Of a DNA stretch of 64,000 nt, positions 38,572 to 49,290 are shown piece by piece (the stretch's first letter is position 1; the number at the start of each line of letters is the position of its first letter). This stretch comes from Hydrolagus affinis (taxonomy: Eukaryota), in assembly GCA_012026655.1 (NCBI GenBank), contig JAAILG010000141.1, positions 1 to 64,000 on the forward strand, in the 5' to 3' direction. A program made the position numbers and the translations under genes. Below the pieces are notes generated by a model. That model did not search any database. It was not told where the DNA came from and worked only from the letters and a program-made list of their open reading frames with translations.

Positions 38572-38694
38572 CATACATAGTCACTACACTTTACCGTAAC
38601 CTCTGTGAAGCACTTTGAGATGTCTGGAAGACATGATAAGGCGCTATATCAAATACAATGTAATGGCAATGGTGCAAGGATTATTAGCATTATT
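38572..38694 (+). mobile_element. SINE 3' tail carrying a 19-bp foreign insertion
   Basis: tgtgaagcactttgagatgtctggaagacatgataaggcgctatatcaaat[acaatgtaatggcaatggt]gcaaggattatt. Confidence 0.8.
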
Positions 38695-39185
38695 TCGGAG
38701 CTGCTTAAGAATGACAGTATATCCAAAGCTAATTTGTGCTTTTATTGCTATCCCCAGTTGTGGAAAAATGGCATAATTAAAATTAAAAATAAAAGCAAAG
38801 CATCATTAAAAAGTCATCCTCCAGTGAGTAAATTTAGCTTAGCAAAGTGAGACTTTGAAATGGCTTTGATTAAATTAAAAATTGAATGGAATCACATCAA
38901 CTGAGAAGAATCTGAAGAAGAATGAAAAAAAGTTAATGATGTATTTGCATTAGAATTAATATGTACAGTATTTACAATGTAAAATCGGGTCTCGTTTTAC
39001 CAAATGTGTGATTAACAAGCTGTCAATCCTTTTGCATTTCATCCTCTGGTTATTTTTCCACTCTATTAAATGTCAACAGACAATTACTTCAGCCATCGGC
39101 TCTAAAATAGCAGCACTGGATTAATGTTCACTTTTTGGGGAGTCTTGTATTTTTAAAATGTAAAATAGCTTCTCTTTGGTAGACT

Positions 39186-39303
39186 GCCCACAAAATGCCC
39201 AGTCACTATATAGTACTTCACGTAAAACGCTGCAAAGTACTGTACTTCGAAACAGGCCTTGACAATGTGCGAAGGCATTATATCAAATATAACAATAATA
39301 ATT
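39186..39303 (+). mobile_element. SINE 3' tail fragment, decayed
   Basis: gcccacaaaatgcccagtcact...aaggcattatatcaaatataacaataataatt. Confidence 0.5.
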
Positions 39304-39434
39304 GCAAATTATTACATTAGAGCTCTCAAATTTTTGCAAATAATATTGGGGGCACGGAGGAGGGTGGAGCTGGTTTGTGACTTTCTCTTCTGTCTCTCCC
39401 CCATGTCATCTCAAACTTTATTTAAATAAACATT

Positions 39435-39635
39435 AACGCACAATACTGCAGATGCTGAAAATCTGAAACAAAAACAGAAATTGCTGGGAACACTCAGTAG
39501 GTCAGGCAGCATCTATAGAGAAAGAAAAGTGAGGCAACGTTTCGGGTCATGAAGCCAAAATGTTGACCCACTTTCCTTCATCGATAGATGCTGCCTGACC
39601 TGTCGCGTGTTCCCAGCAATTTCTGTTTATGTTTC
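39435..39635. mobile_element. Palindromic non-autonomous element (Penelope-like pseudo-LTR derived)
   Basis: About 80-bp inverted arms (39465-39545 and 39556-39635) flanked by the direct repeat atttaaataaa(c/t)att (39420-39434, 39636-39650). Sequence resembles the common shark aatactgcagatgctgg...ggtcaggcagcatct element. Confidence 0.75.
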
Positions 39636-41439
39636 ATTTAAATAAATATTGATGTTGGATTGAGTCACATCTACAGGTGAAGGAACCACCTCAACTTTGC
39701 CTGGAGAACAGCTTACATCCCATTTGGACTGCTCTGAGGTTTTATTTGTTGGAAAGGATGTGTGTTTTTTTTCTAAACCAGGCTTTGCAGGAACAGGTTT
39801 GATTAATTGCTTCCAGTCAGGGATTGGAACTGATATAAGTCCGATTTAATTTTATAAGAAAACCATATCTAGTGAAAAATGTATTTGGCGTTTGTCATGT
39901 AAGGTGTATTTATAACAGGAGGGCGGGGGGGAGGGGGGGTCAAACAGAGGTAAAGACAAACCTTCAAACATTTTTGAACCAATGTCAGAAAAAGCTGCAG
40001 AAGTTCAATCTGAGATAATCGCAAGATCTGGAATTCACAATAACAAACTCTTAATAAATCTACCTGTCACCAGTCTTCCTCTGAGGGAGGAACAAAAGGT
40101 CACATAAATGGCTACATTCCATCATAAAAAAAATTCAAAGTTAAAATGAGGTGCCTGGAGACTAAAATAAGAGAGCTTTAAGCAGCTGTACTCTTTAAAT
40201 TAGGTAAAAGTAATTTAGAAACTATTTGCTTTACCTAGCTCTCTCTATGCAGAGATAATGATCTAAGGTGCACAAAGGAAAAAAAGATGATAAATGAAAT
40301 TAATCTGATTTTAGAAGCAGATGAAATAAAGCCTTTTGCTTTGCTTGTAAATTTTGAGAAGTAGAGTATCTAGTAATAATACAAAACTGATTTCTGCCAA
40401 GAGTTATCCTTATAAGGAGCTTTACACAGGTAATGATTTGTGCGTACCTTAACATGCCACAGCAATGTCAGTAGCAACAGCTACTAAAATATAATGCCTT
40501 TGCTGAAATCCCTGCAGAGGCAAAATTAAAGTTTTGGCAGCAATGTATTTGATTCCTGAAAATGATCATATGTGCAGTAGCAAATGATGTAGATATTTTA
40601 ACTATTAATGACTTAACAAACAAACACTTCATAATGAAAAAGGTTTTTGACAAAGATATTCAACTTTTTCTTCCTTTTCTGTTTTTTAACACTAGAGTGG
40701 AGGAATGATGGAGTCATTCATAAATGTAGCTAAAAGTTTAGAAACGCTGTCATTTGGATTTTTTTTAAAAAAAAGAAACAATCTTTATTCTGCTTATTCT
40801 CTCAGTGGTTTCTTCTTGGCAAACATCTTCAATTCTTTTTTCTAATTGCAAACACCTTTGAAATCTGTGGTTGTGCTAGTTAATGGTTCTTTTATTTATT
40901 TTATTTATACAATTGCTCCAAAAATGAATTTCAGCATCCAGGATAGTACTGTATTTCGACTATCTTAATTTTTTTTGCTGTTGTGTGAACTGGTTTTTTA
41001 AAATAAAACCTTGTATTTTACACAGTGATCAACAAATTGGGAGAAACTGCTCTTCCAGGTTTGTATTGCATCTAGAATTGACCCTGGGTTCTCAGTTTTG
41101 TTTTGGGGGGAAAGATTTTTTTTGCACGATTTCTGCAGGATTGTAAATGGTTATTTTTCAGTGCAAAAAAAAACTTTTAAAAATGCAGTCAATTTTGTCT
41201 CGGATTACACCTAGCTACATTAACACCGCTACAGGCAAGTCTTCGCTGTCACTTGGTGGTAGATGCTTTGCTCACCAAACAGTAATTAACTTTGACAGAT
41301 AATTATTATGGTTTTGATGACAAGAAGGGCCTTTCTCTTCCTGCTTTCACAACGCATGTTCCTGAAAGCTGGGAGTAGAGACGTTAATTTAAGACTTAAA
41401 TCTTTTGGCTTTAAGTCTGATCCTGGGAGTTGAGTTGAA

Positions 41440-42250
41440 GGGGAGGGAGGGGAGGGGGGTGTGGGGTTGAACACAAGTCAGTTAAAATCGCAGAAATGAT
41501 CTCATATAAACAGATTGTGAACAGGAAAGACAGCCTCCAACTGTTGTCCGTTCAAAGTAAGAGAGCTGCCCTGCACAGCCATGCCAGATCTCTGGCAGGA
41601 AAGGAGTGCTTTTAAAGTTAATAAACTGGAGGAGGGCTGGGTTGGGGAGGCTAGCGGTGAAGCCATATAAACTGCACAAATGAGTTCTAATTCTGTCTAA
41701 TGGGCATCCTTCCAAAATACAGAGCCCTGAGTCAACCCCAGCTGCAGGCTTGGATGAGCAGCTTTTTACAATCCTCAGCTATTTACCCCCCCTTTACCCC
41801 TCCCCACTTGATGAAAATCAGGAATATCATGTTTCTGGAGCCTGGGGTTATTATGTTATACGGGCAGGCTGAGGGCTGGCATTGCTCCAACCTACCTGCA
41901 GCTGTAGGGTCAGTTTAAGCCGCAGCAGATTCTTTCTTTTTTCCTATATGGGGGAATGGGGATCTGGCTTTTGAAAATAAAAGTGCCTTGAAATTACAGG
42001 GGAGGGTTAATTCTGGGAACACTTGCTCATTTAATGCATGAACTTTTTGGGGGAAATGGTTGGAGAAGCCTTGGCTCCTGTATCTCGGAAAAACAGTCTG
42101 CTGAATGTGGGCATGGAGGAAGTGGGGGTGGCTTCTGCCCATGGGATTGCTCCTTTTTTTTTCAAAGTGAAGTTTTTTTTTTGGAGGAATTAAAACAATG
42201 ACTTTTTTTTCAAATAAAAAGAATGCACTGGAGAAAGATCTATTTTTAGT
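41440..42250. promoter_or_regulatory. Candidate promoter/enhancer, GC-richer and repeat-free
   Basis: G-run tract 41440-41466, CATATAAA at 41503 and 41664, TGAGTCA 41728, CAGCTG 41739 and 41899, CArG-like CCTATATGGG 41943 abutting GGAATG 41953, MEF2 CTATTTTTAG 42240-42249. Motif-only evidence. Confidence 0.4.
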
Positions 42251-42918
42251 GCCTCTTACTTTCAGAATGTCATGGCACAGGCTATATTGGGACTATATTC
42301 CACATATAGACTCACAATCTGCAAAATAGACACTGACCGATACTTCTTTTTCTGTTTCTCCCAACTTCTGTTTCCTTTTCTCGAGTCGTCTGTCAAGAGG
42401 CCTCGTCGGCTCATTAGTATTGCAGTTGTATTTTGATGGGCATGTATTTGTTATCAGTGAATCAGACCTGCCACTATTACTATGCTCTGTGTCCACAGGC
42501 ACACAATGAAGTCAAATCTGTCCAGTATGTCAGATTTGTCTTTTGCCCCAGCCTTGGGCTAAATATTGGGTAAAGTTTTCTGCCTCATCTGGAAAGAGAG
42601 AAAAAAAACTGATCACTGAGATATAGCCAATTCAAGACCCTTTAAACAGTGCAAAATGAGTTTGCCTTAAATGTTTCCAACTGTTCTCCAGTTCTTTTCA
42701 ACATCTTTTTAATTTAATATTATATTCAAACTCAATGGCAGCTCCGTTTACTTGTGTTTGTGATCCAGATTGTTCTTAGTTGTAGGGATTAAAGGGCATT
42801 GCTGGTCAATTGGACAGATAGGGAATATCCATTTCATTGTACACTTCTATGGTGTAGTCAGTGCTGGCAGGGCCTGAATTTATTGCCCTGCGATTATGAT
42901 GGTGAGATATTCTCTTTT

Positions 42919-43651
42919 GGAGTCACGTAGTATACAACAACAACAACAACAACAGCTTCGATTTATATAGCGGACGGACGGAGTCTCAGAGCACTTCACA
43001 ATAGCGGATCCCAGGACTGAGCCAGAGGCAGGGGAGGAAAGGTGACCAAAGACCCGGTCGTAGAGCAAGGTCTTCAGCTGGGACCTGAAACTGAGAAAAG
43101 AGGGGGCGAGGCGAAGGGAGTGAGGAAAGGAATTCCAGAGCCTCGGGGCATAGTGGCTGAAGGCACGGTCGCCGAATGTGGAGCGGAGGATTCGGGGGAC
43201 ATGGAGGAGACCAGACCCGGTGGAGCAAAAGCAACGGGTGCTGATTTGAGGAGAGAGGTCAGAGAGATAGGGGGTTGCAGAGGAGTGGAGGGATTTGAAG
43301 ACAAGAGTGAGGATTTTGACGTCGATCCTCTCTGTAATAGGGAGCCAGTGAAGTCTGGCAAGGACTGAGATAATAGAATTTGGTGCGTGGCCGGCAGAGT
43401 TCTGTATCAGCTGGACTCTGGATTGTGGTGGAGGGGAGATCGGCGAGGAGGGCATTGGAATAGGCCAGCCAAGACTTGACAAAGGCATGGACCAGGGTTT
43501 CAGCGACTTTTGGAGTATAGTGGTTAGCATGCTCACCTTGCAACTGTGAGGACCCAGATATGATTCCTGTGTGGGGCGAAATAATAGGCAAGTTTCCTTA
43601 CTCCTCCTGACATGAAAGGATCTATACAAGTGTAATTTTGTTGTTGTTGTT
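42919..43651 (+). mobile_element. Short tRNA-derived SINE split by an L2 insertion (42919-42934 + 43514-43651)
   Basis: Rejoined sequence ggagtcacgtagtatagtggttagcatgctcacc...gattcctg...ggcaagtttccttactcc-tcctgacatgaaaggatctatacaagtgtaattttgttgttgtt restores a tRNA A-box. Confidence 0.75.
42935..43513 (-). mobile_element. L2-clade LINE, 5'-truncated (ORF2 C-terminus plus tail)
   Basis: TPKVAETLVHAFV, LHWLPITERIDVKILTLVFKSLH and STFGDRAFSHYAPRLWNSFP...FRSQLKTLLY are L2 ORF2 motifs (frameshifted). (TTG)n tail; TSD agtata at 42929-42934 and 43514-43519. Confidence 0.92.
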
Positions 43652-43816
43652 ACTCCAAACCCCTCTGTTTACCTAGCAGTAAATAGGAAGCTAGTTGTTT
43701 GGCGATTGGCGGATGCTTTCCGGGGGTCATAATTTCTCAAAAATTTTTTTGCGGGAATCATTCAATCCATTACTGTTTTTGTGACACTACTGTGCACAAT
43801 TAGCCTCAGTGGTTTG

Positions 43817-43884
43817 TCCACAAATACACACTTTACAATATATTCTGTGAAGCACTTTGAGATATGAAGTGCAAGTGTTATTAT
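43817..43884 (+). mobile_element. SINE 3' tail fragment
   Basis: ccacaaatacacactttacaatatattctgtgaagcactttgagat...gcaagtgttattat. Confidence 0.65.
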
Positions 43885-43904
43885 GCAAACCACTACAGTC
43901 CTTG

Positions 43905-44062
43905 TGATCATGCTCCCACAGTGCTGTTGGTGAGGGAGTTCAAGGATTTTGACCCAGTGACAATAGAGGAGCTGTGTCATATGCCTGGGTCAGGATGATG
44001 AGTGACTTGCTGAAGATTCATCCAACCATAACACTGTTCTTGTTCTATTGTGTGGCAGAGGT
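43905..44062 (-). mobile_element. CR1-like LINE ORF2 3' fragment
   Basis: cccacagtgctgttggtgagggagttcaaggattttgacccagtgacaat reads IVTGSKSLNSLTNSTVG on the minus strand (cf. TVAGSKSWNSLPNSTVG). Confidence 0.65.
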
Positions 44063-44494
44063 TCTACCAACTCAATCTCTGTCTTTGTAGGATAAGTAAG
44101 ACTAATAACTCCTAATATACTGAATCTTGTTCTTCAATGTTTTTTGCAATGAGTCAAAGTTCATGGAACCCAGACCTGTTAATACTAAGTACAACTCTGG
44201 AAATGGAATTTGCAGTAATATCAATACTGGCAGTTGTCATTTTATTTGCTGCCTTCAGGAAAACAAACCTTCCAAAACATACCTCTGACAGTTCCTTTAG
44301 TCAATATCTTTAAATCTCTTATATCTCTGCTTAGTTGTCCAGCATGATATCTGTCAAGAGCTTTGAGATGGTGTTTTACATGGAAGGTATTATAGAAATG
44401 CATGTTGTTCCATTTATTCTTTATTCAAATTGCATGTTTGGCATCCATTTGAATTGGATTCAAGAGACATACAATTCTCATCTGCACAGTGCTA

Positions 44495-44702
44495 CAATTC
44501 AGAGCTCAAAACTGCGATTGAAGCAAAAGGCATCAACACATTTAAGAGAAACTTGATGCATAATCAAGGAAATGGGAATAGAGGGATATTGGAGAGCCAA
44601 TTAGGAAGGATAGAGGCTTATGTGGAGTTTGAACACTGGAACAGAGTGGATGGGGAAGATGGCTTGTCACTGTGTTGCAATGATCTATATAATTCTTTGT
44701 AA
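44495..44702 (+). mobile_element. CR1 3' end
   Basis: ORF track AIEAKGINTFKRNL followed by a CR1-like UTR (gaggcttatgtggag...aacactggaacag...atggcttgt...ctgtgttgcaa). Confidence 0.65.
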
Positions 44703-47269
44703 ATGATGCAAGTACAAGTCCCACTAATCTCATTCCGCTTTCTTGTTTTAAAGCTTGTGAGCATTTTATTGCTATTACAAAACAACTTCGGTGTTTTTAC
44801 TGGCCCTAGTTGAAAGCTATGTCGAATGGACTCCATTAGCCCGGTTTCCTGCCTCGGATTGTTATCTTGCAGGAAAACAAGTAGCTTTGGTGGCAGGAGT
44901 ATAACTGCAGTAATGGTGCAAATTTCTTATGGTGTCATTACACATTTGGTGCTTGGTTGATTTAACTCACGTGCACATTGAATTGCTCTAGAATTACAGT
45001 GTATGATTCAGATAACATGTTAATGGTATCTATTTTGGCTGTGTTTCTCCTTTAAACATTTTCTTTAGGTTTAGCTGGACATTATTAGATACATACATGC
45101 TTCAGGCATCTAAGTTGCATTTGACAGCAAGTGAAGCAGTTGGAGTACTAGAATAAAACATCCTCTGAAGAAAAATGATCACCTATGGGGAAATTAAATG
45201 AACTATTTAATAGTAGGGCTAATGTGAGGTACATACATAAACTTTCAAATTAGCTCAGTCACCATTGTGGATAATTGGGCACAGGATAAATGCAATGGTA
45301 CTTTAATTCCAGAGCTCCAATTCCTGATGTGGGTTCTTGACCGTGGAGGCTATTGGTTCTGCTTTAGGGTAACGACTGCTGATTGTGCACTTAGAAATCA
45401 TTTTTGCATGGTCTCTTGGGATTTTGATCCCCATTTTTAGTTTATTTTAGCCTTTTCCAGATTTTTGACATTTGTCTTTGTGTTTATTTGCAGTCAAGTC
45501 ACTGGGCTGATCCATAAGCAGTGTAAAGCAAAGTGCTTCTGCAAACTGTATGTGTATATATGTGTGTGTTGACTTGCTTTTGTTGGCTGTATGCCTTGAA
45601 ATCTGCTTTTTTCTGTGCTCGCCAGCTTGCCAGCTGGACCTTTCTCTCCAAAGTGTCTGGCTTTGCTGAATGTCTTCTTTGATGGTGAAGACAAGATCGA
45701 GACTCATTGATGAACCGCAAGAAAAACCCATAGTCTTCCACTACATAACAGTGGCAGTGCTCTTTTTGAGAGCCATTTTGAAATTCCAAGTCAGAACAAC
45801 TAAGGAAGATGTTGCTGGTGATATTTTGGCTCAGAGTAAACCACAATCATAGCTAGTTAAGGTGATTTTTGGTTCCACTATTCCATACTGTATTCCCACA
45901 AATGAGGCAATGAAGTGAACATATGCTCACAACCCTGAATTTTTGCAATAGTTTATGCATTGATAACAGAAGTATAAATATCTACTGAATGCCAGCCCAG
46001 CCATGTATTTATATCTTTGTAATGGTGCTGAGACAATGAGTTGTGTTCTAATACTAACTTGCAACTCTGTTATGGTCTTTGGAATCTTTGTAGTATTACA
46101 ATCTAGTAGAAATGTAGCTTTTTAACTTGGTTTGGAACCAATTCACATATGATTTTGCTTTTTATTGTAATACAAAAAGCAACCAGAAAATAGATACAGT
46201 AATTGGTTGAGGTATGACAACCATTAACAAGATCAATTTGATTCAGGATTATTAAAGTAAGCAATGCCATCAAACCAATTAATAAATGTAGTGCTGCAGC
46301 TTTATCTTTCCTGCAAATGCCTGTATGAGAAGGCTTATGAAGAGTCTCAAGCAGCAAGCTTATTTTATATTCCACTGTGCATAGTTCAATTTTAAGTAAT
46401 GCAGTATTATACATTAAAACGCTTAATAGAATGGAGATTTCATAGAATAGAAATGTAACTAAAATAATCCACATTTATTCAAGATGCCCAGGGGAATTTT
46501 TTAAATTTTCCACTAGGTCAGAGTTTTACTGATCTTTCCACAGATGACGGAGATTCTTGGCTGAGTTTTAGATCTGCATTAAGCTTTTGTAATCCTGCTT
46601 CAGGCAGTAGCAGTGAAGTTAAACAATCACTGATTGACTTTTATTAGCTCTGATTTTTCAGCCTGATAGGCTCAGGCATGCAACTTGATGGACAGGCTTT
46701 TGTCATCCGTCCAAGTGAAAGCCTTTGTAGCTGTCAGACACGGGGAAAAAGGTTAAAAATCATCTTGTTTGGAGTTTGCTTATATGTTTTGCTGATGTTT
46801 GTTGTCTTTGTAACAGCATCCTGCCAGCTTCTGACTGCACGAAAAGAGATAGGTATTTGTATTACTCGATTGCTTAACATTATTTTCCAATCAAATTGTC
46901 TTGACTGTGGAAATTACATTTTAGCTGTGGGGGCTTTTTCCTCTCTATTAGTTAAGAAAAATTATTGCAGTATTGATGTGCTAAATTGCAAATAAAATAA
47001 AGTAGATAGGTTTAATTTGCTCATGGTGCAATATCCATAAGCATTGGATTTTGTGAACTACATTTTTAATACTGTGATTTGTAGTGTATCTTAACTCTCA
47101 GTTCATGCTAAAGTTGACGTATGGTGTTCAGCATTCAGTGGGAAATCTGTGGTGAGTGACTGCATCAGCAAACATTGTACAGTACCTCTCTGAATTTGCT
47201 GTTATGTTACTCGCTAGAAATACTCACTACAAATACAGTTAATGCTACATCAATTCATACTTTTTTTAT

Positions 47270-47541
47270 ACAAAGGTTTGGATAAGCTTAGATGCCAGGG
47301 AGCGTAAGATGGGTATTGAAGGATACAGCGAAACAAACTGAGGGAGCAAGAGATGGGAGAATGGTCTCAATACTGTAGATAAGGAGGCAATGTTCGGGGT
47401 GGGTGGGGAGGGATAGTAGGATTTGGTTGGCTTTGGGGGTTTGTAGAATATCTATGCTGATGGGTTCATTGATATCTGAGGAATTAGTTGGCTTGATGGG
47501 CTGTATAGCTTTTTTGTCCATTCCAGGTTTTATTATGTTCC
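47270..47541 (+). mobile_element. CR1-like 3' end, decayed
   Basis: ggtttggataag...attgaaggatacag...ggcttgatgggctgtatagcttttttgtccattccaggttttattatgttc. Confidence 0.5.
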
Positions 47542-47607
47542 AACAATGCTTTTTCTGTTGGTTTCATTCAAGCATTTTTAAGCTAGTTTAAATAACTAAT
47601 ACAGAAT

Positions 47608-47906
47608 GGAGTCCTGTAGCTCAGTAGTTAGAGCACTTGCCTTACAAGCAAGAGACCTGGGTTCAATTCTAGGCAGGGTGAAACCTTGGGCAAGTTTCCT
47701 TACTCCACACACCTAATAGTAAACCCTCAAAAAAAAATTGGTTGTTTCAATCCATGACTGTTTGTGGGACACTGCTGTGAGCAATTGGCTGCCACGTTTC
47801 TCCCACATATATACAGTCAATTCCCTTTACAGTATATTCTGTGAAGCACTTTGAGATGTCTAGAAGACATGAAAAGCGCTATATCAGATGCAAGGATTAT
47901 TATTAT
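47608..47906 (+). mobile_element. tRNA-derived SINE family A, full length
   Basis: A-box tagctcagtag, B-box ggttcaattc, linker ggcaagtttccttactcc, partial Deu 3' segment, L2-type tail with stem-loop atgtc-tagaa-gacat and (ATT)n end. Confidence 0.9.
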
Positions 47907-48699
47907 ATAATATCTAATGCAATATCTTACCAAATTCATAATTTACCTTGTGTTAATAATTTCCCATAGTATAAATTAGTTCATATTGTCTGAAAGAAAA
48001 AGTTGACTGATTTTAAGTAATGCTGGAATAAAGCACACAGCAAATCTTCTATATGTGATAAATATAGAAAGGTTTTAATTCTGTCCCCTCACCATTTTGA
48101 GGTGGGCATTTGGCTGTTTATCTGCTTGCAGATGTGCTGTATTTTCTGAAAATAAACCCTAATGTAATCTAATTTTTTTTATATTTTAAATTCACGTCTG
48201 TCCTGTTCCTTTGCCCATTTTCTTTTCAAACTACATTAACCACTTTAAATGGCATGCCTTTCTGGCTGCCATCCAATTCATTAATGCATCATTAGAACTG
48301 TGCTTATTAGATAACATATTTGCTAATTAATTATACATTTATTGAATTAATAACAAACCTACTCTCCTTTTCGTTCTATTCCCCCACTCCCCACTACTTT
48401 TGGGTCCATTCAGGAGTGAATTTTGCCATGTGTACCGTTGGTAACCTTGAAACCACAAAGGGAGGTTAATGGCAACATCTGTTCTGATGCCATCTTTGAT
48501 GATGAATTGCACATTAGCTGAGGATTGCCTCATTTCAAATCAGAAAAATGAGGCACCTGTGAAAGGCATTGACCACGGTTTTATAAATTTTAGGTACATT
48601 TTGTACCAAACACTGGCATCGCAAATAGTAAATGATAGATTGCTTCTTGGGCCAGAAAGCAGCGAACCCAGTGCATCTGAGCCATAGCTTTAATGAGAT

Positions 48700-48890
48700 C
48701 TGGACAAGATCAAGAGGACACAGACTCAAACTCAGATGAGAGAAGGCGAATAGACAGATCGTTTCAGATTTAATTATTTTACACGGAACGCAGTGTATAT
48801 GTGGAATGGACCACCTGGGGAGGTGGCATAAGGCAGATTGTGTTGTCAAATTCAAGACAAAATAGATAGCTATTTGGCGAAGAATTCGAT
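48700..48890 (+). mobile_element. CR1 ORF2 C-terminal fragment
   Basis: RSRGHRLKL, YFTRNAVYMWNGPPGEV and FKTK*DSYL-like pieces match the CR1 RGHxxKL...FFTxRVVxxWNxLP...FKxxLD motif. Confidence 0.7.
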
Positions 48891-49014
48891 TGAGGCGTAT
48901 CAGTGGGCTTGTTTTGTTTGACTATTTTGGGACTGACCAAATGGATGGCAATGACACACAAAACTCTGAAAATGGAAAGCGTGGGAAATACATTGTTTAG
49001 CAAGAGAAGACATT

Positions 49015-49290
49015 GGATGGAGCAGTGGGTTAGCATACTGGTAATTCATATGTTGGACCTTGGGTTCAATCCAGCCACTGTTGGTATAAAAGTCTTCTCT
49101 TTCTGTTAGCAATAGCTGTTTGGAAATCATCAATTTAGCCCCTAATATTAATATGCATCTTTGTACACCAGAACAAAATAATTTATGCTGATATTAGATG
49201 ACCAAATAAAGAAACATATTCATTTGCTTCCTCTACAGTATGCTTGGGACATCTTCATGACGTGAAAGGGGATATACAAGTGTAATTTTT
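49015..49290 (+). mobile_element. tRNA-derived SINE relic (AmnSINE2-like head) followed by an L2-type tail
   Basis: agtgggttagca...gggttcaatccagcc...aaagtcttctct head resembles 63403-63500. The segment ends gacatcttcatgacgtgaaaggggatatacaagtgtaattttt. Confidence 0.5.

Noticed and set aside
3571-40417. Window-wide enrichment of perfect CArG boxes (3571, 8592, 40408)
   Set aside because: At this AT content several CC(A/T)6GG matches are expected by chance in 64 kb. Only the clustered one at 8592 was kept.
42880-43629. 249-aa ORF and overlapping ORFs as a host gene
   Set aside because: Chance read-through of an antisense mini-SINE, frameshifted L2 ORF2 and a (TTG)n tail that gives the poly-Cys.
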